From Octopus sinensis (Eukaryota), in NCBI RefSeq assembly GCF_006345805.1, contig NC_043010.1:57846001-57910000 (forward strand): 64,000 nt of DNA. The letters are read 5' to 3'. Every line of letters begins with the position of its first letter. Position 1 is the first letter of the stretch. Shown here in pieces: positions 13,416-26,909 of this stretch. Under the pieces are notes generated by a model that saw only the letters and a program-made list of their open reading frames with translations, was not told where the DNA came from and searched no databases. The position numbers were made by a program, and so were the translations under genes.

Positions 13416-14424
13416 CTAAGTCAGGTTAGTATCTATAGTTATACTAAGTCCGAAGTATTTCATTAATTGGATAATATCCTTCCTAAAACGATCCTGTGCT
13501 GGTCCATTTGTATTAGCAGTTAAAGCAGGGGCATCATCTTTGTAGATGGCAAAATATACGTCAGGAAATGTCTTACCTAAAGTATCTAGGAGAAAAAATC
13601 CAATAAGATCGCAAATGCCTGCTCCATCATATGACCTCATGCTCACATCGAAAGCACCCTCTGTGTCGGTATTTTTGATCCACTTTGCGTTCTCACTGAA
13701 AAGTAAGGTCTTTCTAGCATGGAAGATTATGTCCTTATCATTTGTACTGATTTCTATGAAATCGCTAGCGAAGACGAGGGCTTTATCTAGCAGTTCTTTA
13801 GAGATAGAGGCATAAAAATCAACAATATCGAATTGTGTAAACCTCACTTTTTTCTTATTCTTAATAGCTTTAAGCCAGTCTACGACTTCTATACTTTTGG
13901 ACCATTGTACTAGCCTAGTAGCGGTCTTAATTTTCGCATTTATTTTATCTAAAATTTCTTTACTAATAATCCCAAGTTCTGACTTAGCTGGGTTGATAAG
14001 CCTACATTTAGGGCTGGAAAGGAAGTTCTCTTTGTGGTCTTTAATTGTAATAAAGGCCTCTTTTTGGGGGAGGACTTCTATTTTTTTATCTAATTTAAGT
14101 TTAGCGGCGATAACGCTAGCTTCTTTATTAATTTCATTATATGTCTGTGGCCTAGCCTTAGTGTAATTATTAATGATGCTGTTGTGTAAGAGTTGTGTAT
14201 ATATGCTGTTATTTATCAGGTATAAGTTCTTGGTTTTATCCGAAAAAAGTACTTTTTTCTTGGATGGAGAGATGGCTTATCTGGAAAAGCAGCTTAGACC
14301 CTACTACATGTCTAAACTCAAGGACAGAACTTTTCGGTTCATGCCCATATGTGACTAAATTTTTGTTACGTTTTTGGTCCCCTAAAGAAAACAGATAGAA
14401 CTTGCTTTCTATATTATGTCCCAA
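13416..14424 (-). pseudogene. Penelope-like element reverse transcriptase fragment (287-codon open frame 14276 to 13416, frameshifted N-terminal piece to 14424, 3'-truncated)
   Basis: Own translation extends the listed ORF upstream: FSDKTKNLY ... EAFITIKDHKENFLSSPKCRLINPAKSELGIISK ... FDIVDFYASIS ... DVSMRSYDGAGICDLIG ... IYKDD ... [11 protein letters not shown]; these are PLE RT motifs. Confidence 0.85.
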
Positions 14425-14898
14425 AAAGTTTTTTATCTCATTATACCTTTTATTATTTCATATATATTTTTATATTTTCACACATTAATTTTTTCTGTAC
14501 TTTTCTATCCTGCACTTTTTCCTGTGCCTATATAGATGTGTATATAGATTCATTTGTACACGTGTGTAAATATGTATAAGTGGGCTGCAGTTTTAGATGT
14601 GTGCGGGCATAAGAATGCACATATATATATATATATAGACGTTTTTAATTAGTATTTTTCCATTTTTTTTGGGGTGGGGGGACATATGTATATTCATTTT
14701 TTGTATATGCGTGTGTATGTATGCGTATATAAATATGTGCGGGTATGTACATATATGGCATGTGTGTGTATGAGTGCATAGGGGCATGTCCGTATATGAA
14801 CGTGGTTTTTATGCTTTGTATACTTCCTTATGTTTTTTTCTGTTACCTTTAACCATACATAGGGAAAACGGCATATATAGACGTATGTATGAATGAGA

Positions 14899-15235
14899 TT
14901 TCTCAAAAGTGGCTGTCCCCTCATGCACAATCCTTCTCCACCTGCTACGATCAATAGCTATGCCTTCCCATGTGTCAGGAGAGATGCAAGCATCTCTTAA
15001 GGAAGCCTTCAGCAAGTCCTTATACCTCTTTTTTGGTTTATGTGGAGGTTGTTCTCCTTTAGCTAACTCTCTATAAAAGAGTTGTTTTAGCATCCTTGAA
15101 TCTTTCATTCTGACCAGATGACCACTCCCTCTGAGCCTTTGCTTCAACACAAGAGCTTCTATACTTTCACACCGAGAGCCTTCCAATATTTCAAGATCAC
15201 TTAATGCTATAGATCCGTCATCTTCGTAGTCATAG
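14899..15235 (-). pseudogene. RTE (BovB-like) ORF2 C-terminal fragment
   Basis: SIEALVLKQRLRGSGHLVRMKDSRMLKQLFYRELAKGEQPPHKPKKRYKDLLKASLRDACISPDTWEGIAIDRSRWRRIVHEG matches the QLRWxGHVxRM ... LLYGEL ... KRYKDxLK ... WE..A.DR..WR pattern. Confidence 0.85.
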
Positions 15236-15359
15236 AACGAGACAGATGAGTGACAACCTGGCCACTGGGGGTGGTGTAACACACCATACTAATCATATCT
15301 GTCGGGCATGTGGAAGAGAGAGTAATTCGGCATGATGATGATGATGATGATGATGATGA

Positions 15360-15715
15360 TGGTTAATGGCACCCACTTCAACATGTTTCTAGTGCCCCAC
15401 ACTCACCCTCCATCTTACCACATGCTTCACTATTTACCATCATCTTCATCTTTCTGATAATTCACCTTCATAACTTTTATTTCCACCTCCTCCTCTTCTC
15501 CTTCAATCCATCCAGATCCTTCATTAACAACCCTCCTATGGTTAATCTCCTGCCCTTCCATCACAGCAACAAACAGTTGTTGGTTCAATACTGATCCATG
15601 GTGCATTCAGAACTTCACACCAGACTCATCACCATTGCCCCCTTCACTTGTCTTTACAACCAGACACTCTGTTTGTACATCAACAGCTTTACCCTAACCA
15701 GCCAAACCTCAGATC

Positions 15716-15720
<5 letters not shown>
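15360..15720 (+). pseudogene. Possible very old LINE endonuclease-region remnant
   Basis: C/T-rich composition like the reverse complement of 59900-60560; only traces of motifs. Confidence 0.25.
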
Positions 15721-15768
<48 letters not shown>

Positions 15769-15769
15769 T

Positions 15770-15808
<39 letters not shown>

Positions 15809-16242
15809 ACACAATCAAACCCATTCTCCACATCTGCAAGCTCAAGAAATACATTATCCTTTTCGCTCTTCTGCTTCTGTACCTGTCATTAAAAAAAAAT
15901 ACAAGCAAATACATAATATATAATAAGAGTAAAGTATTAGAGAGAGTACACAGCTATATCTGTTGTTGCATGCATACATACATGTTTGTGTGTGTGTGTA
16001 TATGTTTGGATGGCTGAATATATAGATATACATGTTATTTGGATGGCTGCATATATGTATGTACGTACATATTATATACATATGAATGTATACATAAATA
16101 TCTATATAAATAGTTCTATTCATCTATATGTATATATATGTGTGTGTGTGTATATATATATGTGTGTGTGCATTTGTGTGTATATATGTCTGTATATATA
16201 TATATATATGCATATATATATGTATATATATATGTGTGTGTG

Positions 16243-16273
<31 letters not shown>

Positions 16274-16645
16274 ATATATGTATGTATATATATATATATG
16301 TGTGTATATATATATATATATGTATGTATGTATATATATGCAGCCATGCAAATAATTTATTGATACATGTATTCTTATAAACACATTTGTGAGATATAAA
16401 GACACCTGTACAAGACGTTGAGGCTGATAAAGGCAAGCAAAAGAAACAAAGGAGAGATAAAAGATGGAGAAAAAGCATGAATATAGCAAAGGGGGAGGAA
16501 GAGGGGGTCAGTTTCATTATGCAGGGAGTCAACTTATTTTCTATTGACTTGGCTGCTTGGATGAATGGGGACAGTAATTAACAACAAGACATCACATGCC
16601 CAATCATGTTGTGAAACATCATCATCATCACCACCAGACACAATG

Positions 16646-16717
<72 letters not shown>

Positions 16718-16817
16718 GTATGTATGCATACATATTGTATGTAGGTAGGTAGGTAGCTATATATAAGTATATACATATATACAACGCACACAAATACACA
16801 TGTACACACATATATAT

Positions 16818-17065
16818 CATCATCATCATATAACGTCCATTTTCCATGCTGGCATGGGTCAGACGGTTTGACTGGAGAGCCAATGGCTGCATCAGGCTCT
16901 AATCTGGTTTGGCAGAGTTTCTACAGCTGGATTCCTTTCCTAATGCCATCCACTCCGAGAGTGTACTAGGTGCTTTTTACATGCCACCAGCACAGGGATC
17001 AGTCAGGGGGTACTGGCACAGGAGCCAGTCAGGCAGACCTGGCATCGACCACATTTGGATGGTGC
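16818..17065 (-). mobile_element. RTE 3' UTR fragment (an oppositely oriented RTE tip follows at 17081-17133)
   Basis: catcatcatcat-ataacgtccattttccatgctggc ... gagtttctacagctgg. Confidence 0.75.
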
Positions 17066-17199
17066 TTTATATATATATATAACCCATGCTAGCATGGAGA
17101 ACGGACGTTAAACGAGGATGATGATGATGATGATATATATATATACTTATATAGATCATAAACTCTCCCCTTGTTAGATGATGTATGAGGGTTCGGCAA

Positions 17200-17437
17200 T
17201 TTCTTGTCAAACAACCACGCAGATGATTTGTTTGTGTCCACATAAGCTCACTCCCTCCTTCAAATTGATATTACCTGTACATGTGCACCAAGTGACATAT
17301 GTCAGATGATGGAATGATTGCAGAGCAACAAGAAATGAAGTGCTTTGCTCAAGAATATAATGCAATGCCCAGTCTGGGAATTGAGCCCATGATCTCACAA
17401 TGGTGAGTGCAACTCCCTAAACACTAAGCCATGCGCC
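17200..17437 (-). mobile_element. tRNA-derived SINE with CORE-like domain, decayed
   Basis: Minus strand: ggcgcatggcttagtgtttaggg ... gctcaattcccagactgggcattgcattatattcttgagcaaagcact. Confidence 0.65.
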
Positions 17438-17465
17438 TTCACTATGTTTTTATATATAAATATAT

Positions 17466-17514
<49 letters not shown>

Positions 17515-17640
17515 TGATGAGGTTGTTTCAGTTTCCATCTGCCAAATCCACTCTCAAGGCTTTGGTCAGCCCACTGCTATAGCAGAAGATTCAGTGGAAC
17601 TGAACCCAGAGACATGCAGTTGGGAAACAAGATTCATACC
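17515..17640 (-). mobile_element. Meta-like SINE fragment
   Basis: ttcagtttccatctgccaaatccactctcaaggctttggtcagcc. Confidence 0.7.
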
Positions 17641-17984
17641 ACACATCCACACCGGCACCTATATATATATATATATATAGTGTGCTAGTTGTGTATATAA
17701 CAGTGAAATATCAGGGAAAATGTCTACAAACCATCCTCAGAGTTATTTGGTTGAACAGAATTACAGACAACGAAATTCTTCTGTAAAGAAAATCTTGACC
17801 AATGCTAAACAGCACAAGATTGCATTAGTTTTGTCTGGCAGGTCACATGTATTTGTGAGACAAAATCACATGACATATAGAGAATGCAACGAGAGGGAGA
17901 CCAGATGAGAGAAGATGGGCAAAAGAACCAGCCTAAGAACCCCTATGCTGGAGATTCCATAATAATGGTTTCTGATTAAGGAAC

Positions 17985-18165
17985 AAGGCCAGCAAGTTTT
18001 AAGGTAGGGGTTAGTTGATACCATCAGCCCTATTTCTTAGACTGAGACATTTTTAGTGACCTCAGAAAGATGAAAGACGAAGCTGGTGTTGGAATGTTTT
18101 GGACTTAGAATGTAAATAACGGGAACAAATAATGCAACGGATTTTACAGACATTCTGACAATGCA
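17985..18165 (-). mobile_element. Decayed OK-like SINE
   Basis: cagaaagatgaaagacgaagctgg ... ttggacttagaatgtaaa. Confidence 0.55.
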
Positions 18166-18229
18166 GTCAGTGAGGCTTTTGTAGCAGTGATTTGAAAGCA
18201 AACCATTAGGTAACCAGTCAGGCATCACG

Positions 18230-18700
18230 ACTGAACAACTGTAGTTTCACACGATATGTTCATTAAGCAACCAGTCAGCATCTTGCCATCGTGTGGTTCA
18301 AGAATCTTCTAGAATCTTCTGCTTGTATCCTATAAAATGGCTGCTTCTGGTGGTAATTGCACAATGTCGAGGCAGCTGCTTGATGGTCTCCATTTTTGCC
18401 ACAGCCAAATGACCCAGGAAGATGGTTAAGACAAATGGCAGATGGACAACAGGGTTCTCTGCCACCACAAACACAGCACAATTGTTTCCAGTTATGTTGG
18501 GCCAGCCACATGTTGCTGTATCAGTAAACTTGACACAAACTCCAAGCAGTACATCTCTCCCAATATGTGCATCTTGCAGTTGTTATTTGTAAAAGACCAA
18601 CATATTTAAACTCTGTGTGCAATAATAAGATCTTGTGTTAATTGTTTGTGGCTGTTGTCAGCTACTTTCTTTTGCTGTCCAAGAAGCATATCTTCATCCT
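18230..18700 (-). pseudogene. Decayed RTE RT C-terminal region
   Basis: Broken frames give EFKYVG, VVHLPFVLTIFLG and RRFLN..RWQD, resembling FKYLGS / VYxAxVLTTLLYG / CLRRILNIRWQD. Confidence 0.45.
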
Positions 18701-18756
18701 TCTGCTCAACCACTCATCACATCAGACCAGCCAGCTAACACACTTGCAATATTTTA

Positions 18757-18895
18757 TACTTTAGGCAGAAGGCCTGAAACTCTATGACAGGCTGCGAAGC
18801 CAATTACATTGACCCCGCCTCCCCCCAGAGCTCGAAATGCTAAGCGTTTTGTCCAAAATGCTAACAATTTTGCCAGCTTGACATATTCAGTTCTA
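18757..18895 (-). mobile_element. Internally deleted OK-like SINE
   Basis: ggcagaaggcctgaaac ... gctaagcgttttgtccaaaatgctaacaattttgccagcttg. Confidence 0.6.
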
Positions 18896-19299
18896 CAATA
18901 ACAAAAAGAAAATAAATGCATAATAAATGTGGATATCATTAGGGAATGTATTGAACTAATCAAAATTCCAATTAGAAATAATTAGAAATAATTATGTGGC
19001 AAAGACAATTATTATCTCAGTGACTATTATTATTTCATTATTTTAATAAATAGGGAAGACAACTGCAGATATGTTTTGGTCTTATTAGACCTCCTCATAG
19101 TAATAATTGAGTGTTTCCCTCCACTTTTACACTCCCACAGCAGCAGCAGCAGCATCACCACTGCCGCTGCTGCCACCAACACCGCCACCACCACCAGCAC
19201 CACCACCATGAAACCACTGGATTATTACCACCACACCAAACACACCATCAACACCCCATTGCTCTATCACAGCGTTACACTCCAACAAAAAGAACCACC

Positions 19300-19332
<33 letters not shown>

Positions 19333-19501
19333 ACAGACAAGAGAAATCACAAAAATATTAAAACGGCCAACATCTGTCACTTGGACAATTTTCTTCCAGT
19401 TTATAGATTTTGGTCAGATTCATTATCATCTACACCTTCATTCTTGTTATTCATGTTGTTGTTGTTGTTATCGTTCTCATTATTATTATTATTATTGTTC
19501 A

Positions 19502-20878
19502 AGGCAGTGAGGTAGCAGAATTGTAAGCATGCTAGACAAAATACTTAGATGTATTTCGTTTGCTGCTATGTTCTGAGTTGAAATTCTGTCACGGTCGGCT
19601 TTGCTTTTCATCCTTTAAGGGTCGATAAATTAAATACCAGTTGCGTACTGGGGTCAATATAATTGACTCACCCACTCCCCCAATTTTGTGCCTTTGGTGG
19701 AAAGAATTATTATCATAATTATAACAATAATGTGGTGAGCTGGCAGAACAGTTAGCACACCAGACCAAATGCTTACTGGCATTTTGTCCATCTTTACATT
19801 CTGAGTTCAAATTCTGCCACGGTCAACTTTATCTTTCATCCATTTGAGGGTGATAAATTAAGTACCAGTTGCGTACTGGTTCGATCTAATCGACTGTCCT
19901 CCTCCTGCAAAAATTTAAGGACTTGTGCCTTTAGTAGAAAGGATTATTATTCATATTAATGTGGCAAGTTGGCAGAATTATTTTCTCCTCCAGGCACAAG
20001 GCCTGAAATTTCGGGGGAAGGGGCCAGTCAATTAGATCAATCCTAGTACGCAACTGGTACTTAATTTGTTGACCCTGAAAGGATGAAAGGCAAAGTTGAC
20101 CATGGCAGAATTTGAACTCAGAAATACTGCTAAGCATTTCACCCGGTGTGCTAACGTTTCTGCCATCTTGCTGACTTGAGCTGATGGAATTATTACCATT
20201 CCAGAAAAAGAGCTCAATGGCATTTATTTCAACTTTACATTGTGACTTCAAATTCTGCTGAGGTCCATTTTGCTTTTCATTCTTTAGGGATTGATAAAAT
20301 AAGCTCCATAGGGGTCGATGTAATCAACTTACCTTCTCCCTCAGGCTTTGTACCAAAATGCAGAACCATTATTATTATTATTATTATTGTTGTTGTTCTC
20401 TGGGGTGGAAAGCTGGCAGACAAGGTGGCACACTGAGTAAAATGCTTTGCAGAATTTCGTCCATCTTTGCGTTCTGGGTTCAAATGCCACCAAAGTCAAC
20501 TCCAATTTTCATTCTTTTGGGGTCAGTAAGATAAGTACCAGTCAATGTAACTGACTTATGCCCTCCCCCTGAACTTACTGGCCTTGTGCCAAAATTTGAA
20601 ACCAATATCATTATTGTTACTTTTACTATTGTTATTCATCATCATCATCATCGTTAAACGTCTGCTTTCACTGTTGGCATGGGTTGGATGGTTTGACTAA
20701 GGACTGGCAAGCCAAGAGGATGCACCGAGCCCCAGTTTGATATGGCTAGGTTTCTACAGCTGGATGCTCTTCCTAATGCCATCCACTCCGAGATTGTGGT
20801 GGGTGTATTTTACATGCTACTGGTACAAGTGGCACTGACATCGGCCATGCTCAAATGGTGCTTTTTACGATATTATAA

Positions 20879-20934
<56 letters not shown>

Positions 20935-21395
20935 TATTATTATTATTATTATTATTGTTGTTGTAGGTGGTGAGCTGGCAGAATTGTTAAGCAATCTGGA
21001 AAAAATGCTTTATGGTATTTTGTCCCTCTTTACATTCTGAGTTCAAATTCTGCCAGGGTCAACACTGCCTTTCATCCTTTTAGGGTCGATAAATTAAGTA
21101 CTAGTTGATTACTATGGGTGAATGCAAGTGACTTAACTCCATCTCCAAAATGTCAGGACTTGTTCCTATACTAGAAAAAGGTTATTATTATTATTATTAT
21201 TATTCCAGGCAGTGAGCTAGCATCATTTCTCCCCACTTTTTATGCCGTGAGTTCAAATTTCACCAAGGCCAGCTTTAGCTTTCATCGTTCCATGATCAAT
21301 AATAGGAGTACCAGTTATGTAATGGGGTTGAAGTCATTGACTTTCTACTCGCCTCAAAAAAATGGCTGGCCTTGCGCCAAGATCTGAAACCATTA
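19502..21395. mobile_element. Cluster of about 7 OK-like SINEs (six plus-strand, one minus-strand at ~19980-20172) separated by (ATT)n tails
   Basis: Repeated heads ggcgg/ggtgg-tgagctggcagaa at ~19502, 19731, 20401, 20965 and 21207, plus a headless copy at ~20232; each carries ctttcatcctttnggggtcgataa. Confidence 0.85.
20637..20872 (-). mobile_element. RTE 3' UTR fragment within the SINE cluster
   Basis: catcatcatcatcatcgttaaacgtctgctttc ... ggtttctacagctggatgctcttcctaatgcc. Confidence 0.75.
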
Positions 21396-21420
21396 TTAGC
21401 ATATCTTACTTCCTTTAACT

Positions 21421-21550
21421 GTCTTCTTCTTCTTCTTCTTCTTCTTCTTCTTCTTCTTCTTCTTCTTCTTCTTCTTCTTCTTTCTCTCTTCTTCTTCTTC
21501 TTCTTCTCTTCTTCTTCTTCTTCTTCTTCTTCTTCTTCTTCTTCTTCTTC
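21421..21550. repeat. (CTT)n microsatellite
   Basis: Direct reading. Confidence 0.95.
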
Positions 21551-21617
21551 ACTCTGTCTCTTGTCATGACATGTTTTACTGACATTCTTCACACGAGTAT
21601 GTGTATATATCGATACT

Positions 21618-21658
<41 letters not shown>

Positions 21659-21803
21659 GTACATATATGCATCTTGTATATTTTTTGTCCTTTCTGCTAT
21701 TCTTTATCGTCAATTATTTTTTCTCATTCAACACACCTATTGGCTTCTTTTATTTTCTTGATACGTATACTTATATATATGTGTGTGTATATATATATTA
21801 TAT

Positions 21804-21850
<47 letters not shown>

Positions 21851-22417
21851 TTATATATACATAATTTTCACAGACACACATATGCATATCGACACACACA
21901 CACACACATAATATATATAATAGCGATAACATTATTACTATTATTTTCTTCTTACTTTCCCCCCCACACCACCACCACCTGCATGTCTGCCCCCACCATC
22001 CTTCTCACCCACCCCATTCTATCATCTTTTCATTATTCTCCCCACCACCACCACCACCGCCACAACCACTGCGCCATCTCTGACTGAAACACAAAAATTA
22101 CAATAAAACCTTACAAGTAAAAACCGGGAAACGGCAACAGAGAAAAGAAAGAAATCTATTGTGGAGGAGAAGAATTCAAAGACAAGAGAGGAACCGAAAA
22201 AAAAAAATGAACAATATCTAGAACCATTCACCGCACGTGTGTGTGTGTGTGCGTAGATAGATATACATGTGTGTGTGTGTGTGGTGTGTGTATGAGTGCA
22301 AGTGTAGTTGTTGCTGTATGTACATACATATATTGTAAGCATGTGGACATACGGCTGTACACAGGTACATACGTATGTTTGGAGATATGTGCATATATAT
22401 ATATGTATATATACACT

Positions 22418-22419
<2 letters not shown>

Positions 22420-22455
<36 letters not shown>

Positions 22456-22483
22456 GTGTGTGTATAATATCTCTATATATATA

Positions 22484-22537
<54 letters not shown>

Positions 22538-22638
22538 TGTATGTATTTACAGATATATATATATATATATATATATATTATCTGTAGTATGTATGTAAGT
22601 TTTTATATATGTATGTGTATATTCTTATATCATTATAC

Positions 22639-22669
<31 letters not shown>

Positions 22670-23034
22670 GTGTGTGTGTGTGTGTGTGTGTAGTAAGTGC
22701 CATTGATCTCTGTTGGCTGTGGCTGTAGGTGTCGGAGAGTGAGGTGGGTGAGGGAAGGATGAGAAGATGAAAAATATTATCATTAATAGATAATATTTCT
22801 GTGTATTGAGATAAAGATCTTTGGTGCATCTCTATGCCTCTTGCCTCACCACCCTCACCCACACCCTCACCCACACCCTCACCCACACACACCGTCCAAT
22901 CTTCTCTTTGTCTCAATTTCTCAGAAATATTGTTCTGAGGGTTTTTTTGTGACTTCTTCTCCTTCATCTTCTTTCTTTGATTTCTTTACTGTTTTCTTGT
23001 AGCATATATATATATGAATATATATATATATAAG

Positions 23035-23066
<32 letters not shown>

Positions 23067-23389
23067 ATATAATATATATACCACACACATACATACTTAG
23101 ATATATATGAATATATATATATATATATATACACATACATAGATATATATTCATATATATATATTGTATATATATATATATATACATGTATATATAATAT
23201 ATAATATACATACACATACATAAATATATATTCATATATATATATATCGTATATATATATAATATATATATATATACACACATACATACATAGATATATA
23301 TTCATATATATATATATGTATACACACACATAGATATATATTCATATATACATATATATATGTACATATAAATACACACTTAAATGTAT

Positions 23390-23431
<42 letters not shown>

Positions 23432-23736
23432 GTATATAATATATTTGTTATTAACTCTACTGTATGCATTGAGTACTATTTCCATATGTTTGCAATATAT
23501 ATGAAATATACGAAATGTATATATATATATATACGTGCATATATAGACATGTACACACACGCATATACATATATGTCTCTACATAGGTATGTATGTATAT
23601 ATATATATATATGTATATAGCTGTAGCTACTCATATAAACATGTACATACAGATGTACATAATGACTTTATATAATTCACCAACATCAGCTTCCCAACCT
23701 TTATATATCATCATCATCACCATCATCATCATCACC

Positions 23737-23767
<31 letters not shown>

Positions 23768-24618
23768 CCATCATCATCATGTCTAAAACTACTTATGTTG
23801 CTTTTTTTTTATATATATTTTTTCTTACAATGCTTCTTTTCTTTGCATTCACTTTTCCCATTCTTGTTGTTGTTGTTGTAGTTATTGTTATTGCTGAGAT
23901 ACTGGTGCTAGAGGGTGGGGGGGTGAGGAGCGGTAGAGGTCTCCTTTTGTTCTACCTTCCTATTTTTTTCTTATATATATTTTTATGTATTGTTCCACCT
24001 CACGCCCCCACCCCCGCCCCGCTGTCATTGTCACCCTCCTCTCTCTCGCCATCTCCTGCTCTTCCTCTTTGAATTATTCTTGTTTTCTTATGTTGTTATG
24101 TCTTGCCTGATAAATTATTGGGGAAGACGAACTGATATCATATGTTACTGCGTGGTGGTGTGCATCTGTGTATACACACACATGCACACACACACATATA
24201 TTTACATACATGATAGGTACATAGATAGAGAAAGAGACAAGATAGATATACAGTCATTCACATACACACGCATATATCATACATATGTATATATACGTCT
24301 GTGTGTTTGTGTGTGTATATATATATACATACACAGAGTTATATTGTGAGATAAAGAAATTGAGATACGTGATATTGTAGGCAAAGACAAAGTGATATAT
24401 AACAAGTTTGAGAGGCAGAAAGAGTAACAAAATATATGAGTCAGAGGTGGATAGAAAAGATAATATCACTATGTAACTACACACACACACACACACACAC
24501 ACATAATATACACACAGTAATATATACACATCATCTGTGTTTATGAGTGTATATATATGTGTCGTTACTTATATGTATGCATTGAAGTAAAAATAATGAC
24601 TTTTTCTTTAACACACAC

Positions 24619-24654
<36 letters not shown>

Positions 24655-24699
24655 ATAAATATATTTTTCTCTATCTATTTATGTGGTATATATATACTA

Positions 24700-24752
<53 letters not shown>

Positions 24753-25334
24753 CATTTATATATGTGTGTGCATGGCTGTGCTTGCTCTCAAGTCTCTATA
24801 TGTATATAAGTATGTATGTATGAATGTATGTACAATAAAAAAATTACTCAGTGCAAGTGTATAAGTGAAGAGAGAAACGCACACGCACACATACACACGC
24901 AGCCCTGCCGCCACTCCGCCTCTGTATACATATGTGATGAAAAAGAAACAGCATCACTAATAATAATAACAACATGATCAACAATAGCAACAAGAAAGAA
25001 CAATGAGAAGAAGAAGAGAAAAAGCAATTGTAAAGGAGAAAGAGAATGTGAAAAGGAGGCAAGAAGTTGGACGAAGAAAACAAAGCAGAGATGAAGAAAA
25101 TTGTGAGGAAGTGGAAAATCAATAAGGCTTCTATTGAAATGGTGGAGTAAGAAAGGCAGTCGGTCAAATAGACGAAGCAGTGTGGCTTCAAAGGCAGAAT
25201 CACACACACACACACATGTATGCATATATGTGTGTGTGTGTATATATATGTAAATATGTGTATGTATGTATATGTATGTATATGTATGTATATGTATGTA
25301 TATATATATATGCTTATGTATATATATGTATATT

Positions 25335-25370
<36 letters not shown>

Positions 25371-25397
25371 ATATATATATATGTATATATGTATATA

Positions 25398-25435
<38 letters not shown>

Positions 25436-25620
25436 TTATGTATATTTATAATATATATATATATATGCTTATGTATATTTATATATATATATGCTTATGT
25501 ATATTTATATATATATGCTTATGTATATATGTATATTTATATATATATGTATGTATGTATATATATGCATATGTATATATATATGCATATGTATATGTAT
25601 GTATATATATATGTATGTGG
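22420..25620. repeat. Long (TA)n/(TG)n/(CAT)n microsatellite field with short unique islands
   Basis: Direct reading. Confidence 0.9.
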
Positions 25621-25847
25621 TGGCACGTGGCTAAGTGGTTAGGGTGTCAGCATCATGATTGTAAGATTGTGGTTTCGAATCCTGGACCGGTCGACGCGTT
25701 GTGTTCTTGAGCGAAACACTTCATTTCACGTTGCTCCAGTCCACTCAGCTGGCAAAAATGAGTAATGCTGAGATGGACTGGCATCCCGTCTAGCTGGGAA
25801 ACACATGTGACATTGAAACCGGGAAACCAGGCCCAAGAACCTGGCTA
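25619..25847 (+). mobile_element. tRNA-derived SINE with CORE-like domain
   Basis: ggcacgtggctaagtggttagg ... ggtttcgaatcctgg (A/B boxes) then ttgtgttcttgagcgaaacacttcatttcacgttgctccagtccactcagctggcaaaaatgagt. Confidence 0.75.
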
Positions 25848-25859
25848 TATATATGTATA

Positions 25860-25910
<51 letters not shown>

Positions 25911-25990
25911 GTATATGTATGTATTATATGTATATGTATGTATATATATGTATATGTATATATATGTATATATATATATATATATATGTA

Positions 25991-26907
25991 TGGCCATCGG
26001 ATGTTGACAATGATCAACTAAGAGCCTTAGTGGAAGCCAATCCACACACTACTGTTCAAGAGCTTGCTTCTGAATTAGATGTGATGCTTACAGCAATTTC
26101 TAACCACATGAAAGAGATTGGAAAAACAAAAATACTTGAGATATGGATGCCACACAAATTGAATGGTAACCAAAAAAAAAAAAAAAACGGCGTTTTGAAG
26201 TGTCGTCTTCCCTTCGTTTTCACAACAAGAATGACCTGTTTCTTGACCAGATTGTGATTTGTGATGAAAAGTGGATTCATTACAAGTGGCAATGCTCAGC
26301 TCAGTGGTTAGATGCAAACGAAACTCCATGGCACTTCCTGAAGCCAAAGTTGCACCAAAAGAAGGTCATGGTGACTGTTTGGTGATCTGCAGCCGGTCTC
26401 ATCCATCACAGCTTTTTGGATCCAGGCGAAACCATTACGGCAGAGAAATACTATCATCAAATGGATGAAATGCATAAGAGACTCTGACAAAAACAGCCAG
26501 CGTTGGTCAATAGAAAAACACCAATTCTTCTCCATGACAACACTCGCTGCATATCGAACAACTAACCCTGCAGAAGATGAATGAATTGGGCTACGAATCT
26601 CTGCCTCATCTGCCATACTCACCAGACCTCTCTCCTACCGATTACCACTTTTTCAAGCATCTTGACAACTTCCTGTGTGAGAAATGCTTCAGAAACCAAG
26701 ATGATGCCAAACAGGCCTTAAATGACTTCATCTCCACCAGAACACTGGATTTTTATGCTACTGACATAAATAAACTTGTTTCGCGTTGGCAAAAGTGTGT
26801 TGATTCTGATGGTGTTTATTTCGATTAATAAAGTTTTGTTTGAGCCGAGATATGTGCATCTGAATTTAAAGTTTAAAAACCACAAGATCTTTCTTGACAA
26901 GCTAATA
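25991..26907 (+). mobile_element. Mariner (DD34D, Hsmar1/Mos1-like) transposase pseudogene with right TIR; 5' part lost at a (TA)n tract
   Basis: [67 protein letters not shown]; D2 to D3 is 104 nt (105 expected, so a 1-bp deletion); ends aaaaccacaagatctttcttgacaagctaata. Confidence 0.92.
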
Positions 26908-26909
26908 TT

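Noticed and set aside
24950-25130. Purine-rich frame MRRRREKAIVKEKENVKRRQEVG...
   Set aside because: Low-complexity (GA-rich), short, with no splice context
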